A stretch of DNA of 64,000 bases from Balamuthia mandrillaris (Eukaryota), in NCBI GenBank assembly GCA_031835245.2, contig JAVKOQ020000041.1:62001-126000 (forward strand), in the 5' to 3' direction. The notes under the pieces were generated by a model. It did not search any database. It saw nothing but the letters and a program-made list of their open reading frames with translations, and had not been told where the DNA came from. A program made the translations under genes and the position numbers. Below, piece after piece: positions 33,451 to 45,164 of this stretch. Each line of letters begins with the position of its first letter. Positions within the stretch are counted from its first letter, which is position 1.

Positions 33451-34612
33451 ATGGAAGACGAAGATCTTTTCTCTTTATTGCCAGATGAAATCATGTTGAA
33501 CGTCTTGTGCTACTTGCAAGAGAAGGACCTATGCAACTTGGCCTGCATGAACAGACGTTTTCTCGATCTTACGACGGAAGGTACACACAATCCAAGACAT
33601 TTGATTGATTGATTGATTTTTAACTTTTTTCTTTTCTTGTGGCCCAAAAAAAAGATTCTTTGTGGGAAAAGTTTGTGATGAAGCGGTGGAAAGGAGACGT
33701 TGTGGTGAAGTCTCACTGGAAAGCGGCCTACAAGAACGTAATCTTCTCCGAGAGACGACCCGTTGGCTGCTGCACCAACTACTGTCGTCACGCTCTGAAA
33801 GTGGCCATCGTGGGGCCGCCTTCCTCTGGCAAGTCCACTGTGATTGCTGCCTTGGAAACCAACAGCTTTGTTTCTCGCATCCGTCCTGTGCTCTCTCCCA
33901 GGATATTCAAGGTGGAGCCTCGCCGTTCTTTTCTCTTTCTCTCCTTCTCTCTGCTTCTCTCTTCTCAACTTTGCATTTAAAGATAGTCGCAAACGGACAC
34001 TTTTTTAGCTTGCAGCTTATAGATACAAATGGTTTCTTTATTTCTCTTTGTTTTATTTTGTTTTCGGTTCGTTTCATTGTTTAACCCTTATTTAACGCTA
34101 TAGGAAGCGCATCAAGAGAGCAGCGAGCGAAGAGTTACAGTCTTGTTGATGTGTTTCTGCTTTGTTTGTCCATCGATCAGCCTTTAGACGAGAAGACTTC
34201 CAAGGATTGGCTGGAAGAACTGACGACATGTGCTGCATTGGATGAAGAAAAGAACAAGCGGCCCATTTTGGTGCTCGGTACTAAACGAGACCTGAGAGAA
34301 CAGCCAGAACCACTTGCCTCGTTGACTTATCAAGATGTATACTTTCAATCTTTCTACCATTTCTGTGTTGTTTCTTTCATTCGTGTTTATTGACACAAAA
34401 ACTAACAACCAAACAATAAATAACAGGGATGGCGTTATGTAGAACAACTTAGAGGTCACAAGTATCAAGAATGTTCTTGCAAGCAATACCCTCGCTTATT
34501 GCATTACGTCTTTCAAGATGTAGCCGCTGCCTCCTTGCCTGCTTCGTCTTCTTCTACTTCCTCGTCCTCTTCCTCTTCTTCTACAACCTCTTCCTTCTCA
34601 TTCTTCTATTGA
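33451..34612 (+). CDS. F-box + Rho/Ras-like small GTPase domain protein, spliced
   Basis: F-box FSLLPDEIMLNVLCYLQEKDLCNLACMNRRF; G1 GPPSSGKS; G3 LIDTNG; VDVFLLCLSID; G4 VLGTKRDL; YQECS; no CAAX. Confidence 0.8.
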
Positions 34613-34664
34613 CGGAGGAGACGGTCTACGTTTTTCTTCTTCGCTTTCTTCAACTTCAACACTT

Positions 34665-35345
34665 TCATTCTTTTATTGGCGAAGGAGAAAGAAACGTTTG
34701 CAAGTCACGAATGATATCAGCAAAAGAAGGACGATCGGCCGGATCAGCAGCCCAACATCTTTGCATCAATCCACCTAGAAACCGACGGATTATCATATCC
34801 TCCTGTTCTTCTTCTTTCTCGTTGCATGAGAACGAAGGCAATGGTGGCCTTTCTCCTTTGAGAACGGCATCTAATAGCAGGTACTTTTTGTCAAACTGTG
34901 GAAATGGGTTGTTCTCTCTGGTAGCCAGTTCCCAAAGTACTATTCCATAACTTTTTCAAAACAAAAACAGGATGAGAGAAGAGTTTACAAAAAACGGTGG
35001 AGAACAAAACTAAATACCTGTAAACATCGCATGCTTTGGTAAACGGCTTGTGTTGCCAAACTTCTGGTGCCATCCAATATCCCGAACCTGGTTGAGCGAT
35101 ATAAGAGAAAAGGAAGAAAGAGGAGAAAGAAGAAAGAAATAACAAGAGTACCGATGATGCCTTCAGTCAAAGGGCTGGTTTGGTCCTGAGACACGTCTTT
35201 TGCGGATCCAAAGTCTATCAACTTTACATGAGTAGCGTCGTTCCGCTCCAAAGAGACAACAACCACATTTCGTGACTTCAAGTCTCTGTGATACACTTCT
35301 TGCTGTTTGTGTTTATTTGTTAAGTGAACTGAAAACTTAAAGAAA

Positions 35346-35399
<54 letters not shown>

Positions 35400-35573
35400 A
35401 CACAAACCCGATGAAGATAGTCAACACCCAGAGCTATTTCAAGAGCGATCCTCAGCCGTAGCGGCCATGGCAGATGCACCTCATTGTCTTGCAACACATC
35501 ATACAAACTTCCCTTCGGCGGTTGGAAAAAATATGGGAGTCAATAACAGGGCAGAGGAGAAGGAAGAGCGCGA

Positions 35574-35627
<54 letters not shown>

Positions 35628-35913
35628 AAAAGGAGAATCAAGAGAGAAGCATTTGAGCAAACCAAAGAGTAAAACGGTTCAAGAATACATATGTAAGGCC
35701 AATCGAAGCAAGCACCATACAATGATACTATATTCTCATGTTTCAACTTGCTGGTTTTCAGATGTTTTATAAGACCCAAAAGCTCTATGACAAGCAAAGA
35801 GGAACAGAAAATGTACCCGAGAATGGTGCATTCGCGATAAAAGTTTTTCATGTAGTATTCCTTCTGTATCAACAAGGCAATGTTACTTCCATTCATGTTC
35901 GGACACTTGATAG

Positions 35914-35944
<31 letters not shown>

Positions 35945-37793
35945 TTAAAATCAGAAGAGAAAGCAGATGGAAGGGAGAGAAAAACCTTCATGGCCAACTC
36001 TTGTTGCTCCAACTCGATCAATTGGACCGAACCTTGCCCACCATGAAAGACTCTTTGTACACCACCAGAATGAACGGTCCGTTTTCTGGCGTTGATGATT
36101 TGGCCGGCTTCGATGCATTTCACTCCCTCAGGAGGGTTGCTCTGCGCCTCAATGCGCATGAAATAGTGTTGTCCCATTTGCTTGTCTTTATCATCTGTTG
36201 TGCCTTATGTTGGTGTTTTGTTTTGATGTGGTGTGTGTCAGGTACCTGTTAAAGTAAGAACCAAGACGGTGTCCACTATTCCAGGCTTCATCAGCAACAA
36301 ATGTACGTTGACTTTGAAAGAGTATCTTCCGTTCGGGCAAGTCTCCGTCTGAGAAGAAAACCACCCTGAAAACGGAGACATGAAGGCTTGAATTCCAACT
36401 TGTTGTGAGGGTATCGTCGACGTATTATTGTTTGTTCCGCTGATGAAGTCGTTGTTGTTTGGTTGTTCCCATTGTTCCCATTTCCAACGAAAGCTGCGCT
36501 GTAGTTTGTGTCCTTGTTGATGGTAGAGCTCCTCGGGAATGGTGATGCTGACTTCCTGTTGATATTCTTTGAAAAGACGAACGAGGCCAAAGTTCAACTT
36601 CCAGGTTGAAAGCTGAATAACATGATAAAGATGAAAGGTTCAGAAAAAAGAACTGTAAATAAACAGTTACAAACCTTCATTTCTGGCCAAAGGACAGGAT
36701 CGATGATGCTGCCTTTGTTGCCATCCTTTTGGTATTGAACGATGGAGTTGATGCGTGCAACTCAGTGCAGACGTGCTATTTCTTCAGCTTTGCTGTCCCT
36801 AAGGATCTCTGATAGGTCTTGTATCGGTAATGCATTGGTGGATGATAGGTAGCAAGCTCTGCATTGCCGTAAAAAACTAAAGTGTGAGCGAGAGAACGGA
36901 GAATAGAGAGGAAGCGTGAGAGAGAGAGTGTAGTCGTACTCCACGAACACGTTCTCTCTGGCCGTCAATAATAGCTGCTTCTCTTTGTCCTCTTCGCCCG
37001 CATTATTCTTAGCTTCAGCTTTCTCTTCGGACCGAAGAGACAGGACCGAAGAGACAAGAAACAACATCACCGGCACAGGTGTACTGTTTTCCACAGTTGC
37101 TCCGTTCAGCGTTATAGTGTTTGCTTTGTAGTCGTTCCAACGCTCTTTGGCGCAGTCAAAAGTCCGATGGTCTGTTACCTCGTAGACAATAACGACCGCT
37201 GCCGCTCGAGGATAGTACGAGCGAATGATAGGCAGAAAACGATCGTGTCCAGCTTTTTGTCGGCGTTGTTGTTGGCCCAATTGTTAGTGTTGAAGAGAGA
37301 AGCGGCAAAAGAAGAAGAGAAGGGAGAAGAGGGAAGAGAGCAAAGAGAAGAAAGGGCCAGAAGAAGCGAGAAGAAAGGAAGAGACAAGCGAACCGGTTGT
37401 CAACAAACGAAAGAGTTGGTCCTTGTATGTCTTATGCCAAAGGTTTCTGCCCACATCTGAATAGCCCGCTATAAACTCTCCTCTCTTTTGTTACCAACTC
37501 CAAATTGTTACAAGTGAGGCACACAAGAGAGGAGAGAGAGGAGAGAGGATAAAAACCACAAAACGCTCGCACAAACATGTTTTGCCAGGAGCACACCCTC
37601 CAAGAACAACCACTAGAAACCTTGTTTTACAGGCGATAGAGTAAGGACTAGAAAAAAGAAATGGACAGCGCAAAAAAACAAAAGAAACAAACACTTGGGG
37701 CTTAGGCTTAGGCTTGGTAACCGCTTGGCGGAATGCGCCGTTATCTACTTCCTTCCCTGCACTTTTACGGGAGCGACGCCATCGTGATAACAT
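34665..37793 (-). CDS. Rab/Ras-like GTPase domain + TKL protein kinase, with in-frame TGA at 36762-36764
   Basis: N-terminal VVVLGGCAPGKTCLCERF and AGHDRF..I.RSYY..A.AV.IVY; C-terminal GGQGSV, LAMK, HRDLKSRN, DFG, WMAPE, CDVYSYGIVLWEL, W..DP..RPSF; many introns. Confidence 0.8.
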
Positions 37794-37904
37794 TGTCCTT
37801 CCTTCTTCTGCTTTAACGACACTTTATTCGGGGTGCTGCAATGCAAGCATTACACACCCCAAAAAAAAAAAAACATGAGTGGTAGGCAGTGTTTTTTCTT
37901 CGCT

Positions 37905-40177
37905 TCATAACCAGACAGCCGCCAGACGCTCGGCGGAAGAGTCGCCTCCATCCCCCTGCTCGGAGCTCTCCTCACTTGCGCTGGATTGGAGAGAGGATGA
38001 TGAAGTGCCGTGGACGCATTGACCATACACCTCACGCTCGACCAGTGAGTAGTTCTCGGGACATTCCTCACAAACGCCGACAAAGGCGGAGGCACATTGT
38101 TGGAAGTTCAGGTTGGCATCATACAGCTCCATTTCATCCATGCCACATGCCACTTTTGTTTGGTGAACCACCCGAAGAACGTAGGAAAGATGGTGGGTGT
38201 TGAATAAAAAACAAAGTCGAACGAGCAGAGAGAACTCCTAACGTGGCAGGTAAACAGTGCCGTTAACGTTTTCGCTTTCGTGGCGCTCCATGTGGAAGAG
38301 GCACTAGGAGAACGTGTGCGGAGAGACTATAGCATCCATGTAGTAGAGGAGCTCCAACTCAGGCATTCCTGTTGCCATCACTTCCACCCCCTCAAACACA
38401 AAGCTGAGGTTGAGGCTGTTGGCTGATTCTGGTTGCAAACTGAACTCCACAGGACAGACCGTCAAGTCACAACCAGCGCCATTACTCTCATCCATCTCGC
38501 TCTCCGTAAGGTTTGCTGGGGGACAAAGTTGGGAGAGGCCACCTGGTCGCTTCGGGCTTCTATGAACAGCACCGCATCGTCATCCGAGGTTTTCCGTAAG
38601 AAGATAGGGTTGTCGGTGGCCTCCTGGGCACGTTGCATACTTGTGAGAAGGAGGTTAATAACAGCGAACAATATTTCTAATAAAAAAAATTCAGAAGCAG
38701 AGGAGGGGAACAACACCTGTGAGTCCGTGCAGTCACCGTCACCGGGAGCAGCAACAGTGTTTACGATCGAAAGTTCGACTGAGAATTGTTCATTTCTGAG
38801 CACGCTTTGCTTGGTGCTGCCACAAACTTAGTATACAAAATAACAACAAACCCGACAAAACAGCGCTGACGGTGAGTGCAACAATAATGTTTCCCATTGT
38901 ATTTTGTTTCTTCTTTTCAAGAAATGAACTCCTCGGCAGCAACACTGAGGCCAAAAGTAATTAACAGTTCACCTTTTTGTCTTTATTCATTTATGAGATA
39001 ACGGCATCCATTCATCAGATAACGCACGAGAGAGAGATCACGATGGGAAGAGGCTGAGTCATCGAAAGATGACCACGATGAAGATGACGAGGATGGCGAA
39101 GACCACGAAGTGGAGGCATCGTTGGAGGCCAAGGGATCCAGGGCGAAGGATGAAGATGATGCCGACATGGAATCAGCAGAAAACGATTCTTCTGCTATTC
39201 CTGGGCATTTGTCTGTTAAAAAACTTATTAGTGACTAACCAAACAGGAGGATAATGGAGAAGAAGAAGAAGAAGACCCAGAAGAATAGGAGATGGAGAAG
39301 AAGCAAAAAACGAACAGCTTTGATCGAATTGTATTGACACACGCGAATTCGTTGACCGTGTATGTCGACGGAAGGACCTGCTGCTCTCTGGCTTAACGTC
39401 ACGATGGGCAGCGAAAATAACTTTGGAGGATCAAACGAAAGAATAAGGAATGGGATACAAGCATAAGCCAAAGAGAAACGAGACAAACGCTCACCAAACG
39501 TTTCAACGGAGGGATCTATGACACGGTCTGCCACAGTGTCCCCCGTATCCAACGCTCTATCCCACTCGAAGCTGGTCATGCCATCCGACTCCTCAGCAGC
39601 TACCAGAAGTAGGTCGGCTCGCCCCCCTTCTCCCCATTGCTCATCCATCCTCACCGGTGGAGTAGGAAACTTTCTCTCCACCCAATAATCATGCAAACAA
39701 CCGGAGGAACAGTCCTCTTCCGCCTCCTGTCGTCTTGCTGGCCCTTCGGGGGAGGTCTCGCCTTCCTCCCTGACGACAGGATCGCTGATCCAACCCAACA
39801 TGATATCGGAACCTCTGCCTGAGCTGGTCATGGTGCCGTCGGTAGAGAGGCCTATGGCAGACCAGCCCGTAGCAGAGGATTCCAAGGCGAGTTCGATGGT
39901 CCTGTTGTCCGAGCCCCCGTTACCGCTGTTACCGCCGTCTTCTTCTCGAATAGTCCAGTGAAGCCTCATCGTCATTCCATGCTCTTCTTCCTGCCTCAGT
40001 TCAATGCAATTTTGATAGGACCTGGTGAGCGCTTTTTAAGTTTTTTGTTTGAGTGAGGCAATAAATTCCAAAAAAAAAAAAGGAAGAAGTGCGTGCAGTT
40101 GGACCATGACAAAAAGGAACCATCGCAACCACCAGGTAGAGAAGCAATAGCCAAACCAACCGCCACCTACGGTCCAT
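37905..40177 (-). CDS. Secreted DOMON-domain protein with Cys-rich C-terminus, multi-exon
   Basis: Signal peptide MDRRWRLVWLLLLYLV; DOMON motifs LHW...GWSAIGLS.DG.M.GSDIMLGW...DYW...R.LDTGD..D; linkage of the downstream exons is inferred. Confidence 0.65.
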
Positions 40178-40371
40178 CCTTTCTCTGACTGTTGCGTTTG
40201 CTTTCTCTCTCACTCTCTCTCACACACTTAGCCGCCTTTCTTCTTAGTCTGACAGCCAACCACAAAACGAAACACATTTTTTTTGTGAGTTCAAATGCTT
40301 TCTGTTCCATTCTTTCTTCTTGGACTCCTCCCATCGTTTTTCCTCCGAATTTTTATTGCAACAATAATGCG

Positions 40372-40491
40372 ATTGGTCGGTTTGCCAATCGGCAACTACC
40401 CTTTTTAGGTTAAGTTTTTTCGTTTTGATTTTTGATTGGCGCTTTTTACGTGATCGCGATCAAAACATTCGTTGGCGATTTGTGTGATTGG
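40372..40491. promoter_or_regulatory. Cluster of four CCAAT/ATTGG boxes upstream of the DOMON gene
   Basis: ATTGG at 40372, 40435 and 40487; CCAAT at 40385. Confidence 0.35.
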
Positions 40492-40724
40492 ACGTTAGTT
40501 GGGCGTCTCTTGTTGCTCATTCGTTCCGCTGAAAGTCCGCCCCGTCCTGGTGTTGTGCGGGAGAAACGTAAGACGGAGATGCTCCTCATAGCAGAAGAAC
40601 GTGCTTGAACCCGTTTTTCCTCTTTCAGAAGGACTCTTCCGAACATCGCCATAACACAATGATCAACCAAAACATGCCTCCACCATCAAAAGATTTGTAC
40701 AATAAGAAAACTATAGCAGGAACT

Positions 40725-43260
40725 CTATCGGTGGATCAGTCCTGTTCCTTTCTCGCCGTGTCCGATTTTATCCTTCCTTTCCCCCCACTCCTCTTCCCCC
40801 AAAGAGATTCGCCCTGTTTCTTGTTGTTGACGCTGAAACAATCGTTGTAGCTGCAGGTGAGCTTCTCTGATCTCCCTCGCCTCCTGATCTTCCAACGTTA
40901 GAAGTAACTGTTCCTGTGATTTCGCATCTTGTAGTTGTGAATGTGCTTCTTGAATTTCTCCTTCTTCTTTTTCATTCTCTTTGTCGTCTACAGTCGTTCG
41001 TTCGTTTCTGTCCTGTCCCTCCGTCCGCGTCTCCCATTCCGTTTCAAATTCCTCCCACTTCATTTTGCCTTTGTGAGATTCTTTTCCTTCTCTGTCTTCG
41101 ACTTCATGTAGATATGGAGCGAGTTCTAGTTGTTCTGGAGAAAATCTTTCCTCTCCCCATTCTTCTTCACCTCCTGGTTGGGGTTCTTGTTCTCCTCCTT
41201 CTTTTTTCTCGTCTTTTAACTCCTTTTCTTCCTCCCCATGTAATTCTCCATGATCGGCTAGTGGAAATCTTTCCTCATTTCCTTGTTCTCCCTTTTCTTC
41301 ATGTTCATGTGTGTGTATATCGTCTTGTGGTGGTTCCCTTCCTTCCTGTTTAGGATCCGGTTCTCCTCCTTTTAACCCTTCTTGTTGGTAATGCTCATCT
41401 CTTGGTGCTGCACTCCAAAGGTTTGTCAAGCTGGTTTGTTCCCCTTGTCTGATTTTGTCGTCAGCGATTTCATTCTCCTGATACTGTACCTTGTGGTGGT
41501 TCTTGTTTGTATCATTCTCGTACCCGCTTTTCCCTGCTTCTTCCTCTACCCTCCGCTCTGTTTCTTTTCTTTCTTCTTCGTCAACGTGTTCCTCTTCGTC
41601 TTTTCCCATTTCGTCATCCTTCCCCCCCTTCTGCGCATCTGGCACCGGCTTCATTGAGTTCTCCAGTACAGAGACTCCTCCTTGCCCTTCCTGTTCATCT
41701 TTGTGAAGCTTGTATAATAGTTGTAGCCGCTCATCTACTTTATCCCACCCCTCCCTCTCCTTTTGTAGCCTCTCCCGTGGAGGCTGCCACATTCCTCTTG
41801 CCCTGAGTCCCCTTATGTTTCTCTCGAACAGGCAGCGGCCATACCGATAAAGGATCTCGTCGTACTTAATGAGAGGCTGCGCCTGCTCCCAAACGGCTTC
41901 CGGTTGGACGCCTTTCTGGTCCTGATGTTTTCCTATGGGCAGGAAAACGTATCACTGAGATGCGATAACTGATGTGCAATCACAAAAACATAGGAAGAAC
42001 AGGAGACACCGACACAATGGAGTCCAGAACGAAAGAAAAACGGCAGAGAGTGATTGATACCATTCAAGTTTTTAGGATCAAAAGCAAGATCGGTGGCTTT
42101 AGTCCAGCCAAAGTGTTGTGTCAGAAGTTGTATCGTGTCTTCAAAGCGTTCCACAATTCCCACCACCGAGTACTGTTCCCTCAAATGTTCCATGGCACAA
42201 AGAAGATGCCCGTAGGTAAGATTGCCGCGAGGGACAAAGTAGGCTTCTCTTCCACACAACACCCTTGTTTGGAGGTTGTCTTTGTGCCTTCTCTGGCCAT
42301 TTTGAAGTGGAAAAGATAAGTTATAAATAAGGACAAAGCGGTATATAATAAGAGAGAGGAGAGACGGAGAGTGAAAGAAAGAGAGTGAGAGAGGAAGATA
42401 GAGACAGAGACAGAGAGAGACAGAGATAACCTTGTTAGTGGAGTTGCTAAGAAAATCAAAAATATCACGACCATGTTTGTCCCCGTAAAGACGTTTCCAC
42501 CAGTCGAATTGCGAGATAAGGCGGTCAAAAGGGTTGCGCAGCACGGTGAAGTAAAGGAAAGGTCTCTCCGGGGTGATCTTGTGCACACCATGCACGTAAT
42601 GGCCAACTATCACTTTGTGTGAAGAAAATATGTGCTTTTTGAAGCAACAACGATGTTAAGGGCAGTGGACAAACAAAAACGGAGTGAACAGGATTGATGA
42701 GAAGACGGATAAAGCGGGGTAACCTGTGCTTGTTTCAACAGTTCGGGTCGTTCAGCAAGTGAAGCGGAGTCGTTCCATTTCAGCTCAAAACCTCCCAGCT
42801 GGTCCCCGAACCTCATGTTCACGGCGCTTTTCTGGTTGTTCCTCTTCACAAACTCCCACAAGGTGGATCCTCCACATTTTTCAATGTGCAGAAAGTAGAT
42901 AGCGGCATTCTGAAGAGCTATCGCTTCCACATCGGGAACGGTTTGTCGAAAGGCATCAGCAGTGTTGTTCATGGCCTTTTCGCACGTGGACAACATGTTC
43001 TCCACCTCCAGCTGCCAAAGCCGGTCATCGATGGAAGGTTTCATGTTTTGTAGAAACTGTTGAAGGTTGAGGTTGCGTTGGCTCAGCTCTTCCCAACTCA
43101 TCTTGTTGAGATTGAAGCTCCAAAACCGATTGGAAAGGTTAGGAAAGAAGCCAACCGGCGAGAGGAATAGATAGTACAACGTCAACCCGGAACCCAACAC
43201 CATTATGAAAGCAAAGTATAAGGCAAGGGCGTTGGACCGCCGACGCGTCCGCGCTGTCAT
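40725..43260 (-). CDS. Golgi-type sulfotransferase (Sulfotransfer_2 / Gal-3-O-ST-like), paralog A with long acidic C-tail
   Basis: TM anchor; 5'PSB IYFLHIEKCGGSTL; 3'PB YFTVLRNPFDRLISQF; DNLQTRVLCG; VVGIVERFED. Confidence 0.85.
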
Positions 43261-43491
43261 CGTTCAGACTTCCTTTCTTTGTTGTTGGGCCAACAGTCGC
43301 GATAATTTTTCTGAAATTCAGACCATTTTTGGTAATAATGTCGACGATAAATTATAATTTGGAAAAAGATTGCGGCATTTTTTCTTTCGTTCTTGTCCAA
43401 CTTTCCTGCCTTGTGACAGTTCTCACTCCGGCTCCCACGTTTCAGCATTGATCCTTTCCTTGGCGGAACTTGCGTCCGCTCGCTACCAGGA

Positions 43492-44817
43492 TCACAGGCC
43501 TCTTGCTTTCATCCCTCTGACCTGTCTTTCCATCAAGCATTCTCCGTAGCGATAGAGAATCTCATCATACCGAATGAGCGGTTGCGCCGCTCGCCAGACC
43601 GCTTCCGGTTGTATACTCTTCTGGCCTACATGAACCCCTGTTTGAGACATGATAGCCTCAGAAGCAGCTCCAGAAGCGAAGATAGGGAAGGAAAACAGAT
43701 GGTGTAGAGGGATATAGGATGGGTACCTGTTGGATTTCTTGGTTGATCCGCTAGTTCCAACCCCTTTTTCCACCCAAAATGAGCGGAGAGCAATTGTAAC
43801 GTTTCGGCATAGCGCTCCACGGTACCCACCACCGTGAAGTAATCCCTCAGATGGCGCATGGCACAGTGGAGGTGGTTATAAGTAAGGTTTCCACGAGGAA
43901 CCTGATAGGCCTCCCTGCCGCAGAGAACCCTGGTCTGAAGGTTATCTTTATGACGGGCCGACCGTAGTGTCGTGTTGGTCATAAAGTCCACAAGGTCCTT
44001 GCCATGTTTGTCCCCGTAGAGCTTCCTCCAAAAATTGTATTGAGAGATGAGCCGGTCAAAGGGATCGCGAAGGAGAGTGCAGTAGAAGTAGGGTCGCTGG
44101 GGAGTAACCTCGTGGATGCCAAAGACATAATGGCCCACAATGACGTTGTAAGAAGCAAATAGTTTCTATTTGACGGTGCGTTGTAGTTAGGTTCAGACTC
44201 ATTTTCTTTTAAAGTAAAGAGTATCGTCCAGTTACCTGAGCCTGTTCCAGCATACCTGGCTGTTGAGCTAAAGAAACGGCGTCGTTCCAGCCCATCCGAA
44301 ACCCTCCCGTTTGTTCCCTGAATCGCAGGTTCACGGAGACCGGCCTCATGTTCCTTCTAACGAACTCCCACACGGTGGAACCTCCACACTTTTCAATGTG
44401 CAGGAAGTAAACGGCTGCATCCAACCCAAGCACGGCTTTTGGAAAAGGGAGAGGTTGCTGAAATGCCTCCGCCGTGTTGTTCAGCTGCTCTTTACACGAC
44501 GACAGCATTTGCTCGACCCGCTCTTTCCAGTGTGTGTCTCTCACAGGGGGTGCCAGCACCTTCACTTGCTCTCGCAGCTCTTTGTTCCACCTTCGAAGTT
44601 CGCTCCAACTAAGGCGTGGCCAGGACCAACCGCCGTTCGCTTGGCCCCTTTGGGACATCGGCCAAGGCCCAAAGGACAGGGCTGTGAGATACAAAATCGC
44701 AAAGACCACAGCGCCCCACACGCAGGTCTTTGCCCACGCTTTCCGTCTGGCCCTGTGACGGCGGCCATTCTGGCAGCCGAAGAGGCTCCGTACCGAGGGC
44801 CGTTCGCCTGCCTCCAT
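43492..44817 (-). CDS. Golgi-type sulfotransferase, paralog B
   Basis: VYFLHIEKCGGSTV; LLRDPFDRLISQY; DNLQTRVLCG; strong similarity to paralog A. Confidence 0.85.
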
Positions 44818-45164
44818 TCCCCCTTGCTTTTTCTTCTTTCTCCAAAAGGCAGCATTTGTCTCATGACGACATGTAAATTTTCGGGTCGACATGAAATATT
44901 CTTAATAAGGCCAAAATTGAATTAAAACCTCTTTTTTTTTTACACCGGCTAGGGTGATTTTGGGTGTTCTTGTCGTCCAATTCATCGCCACACATCTTGC
45001 GTTCATTCTTCCTCTTCATTTCCGACAGGCGATTCTTGGAAGAAAGAAAAAAGTTTTTCTCTTTTTTTTTTGGTTGGCTCTCTCCGCGGATACGCTCCAC
45101 TGAACGGCAAAGTCAACAACAAGCATTTCACCACCAGCAGCAGTGCGCACACCCCACCATCACC

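Noticed and set aside
9870..36764. Genome-wide UGA reassignment suggested by in-frame TGAs at 9870 and 36762
   Set aside because: TGA is the normal terminator for other genes in the window (e.g. 14710-14712, 34610-34612, 34665-34667); point mutations explain the two cases more simply.
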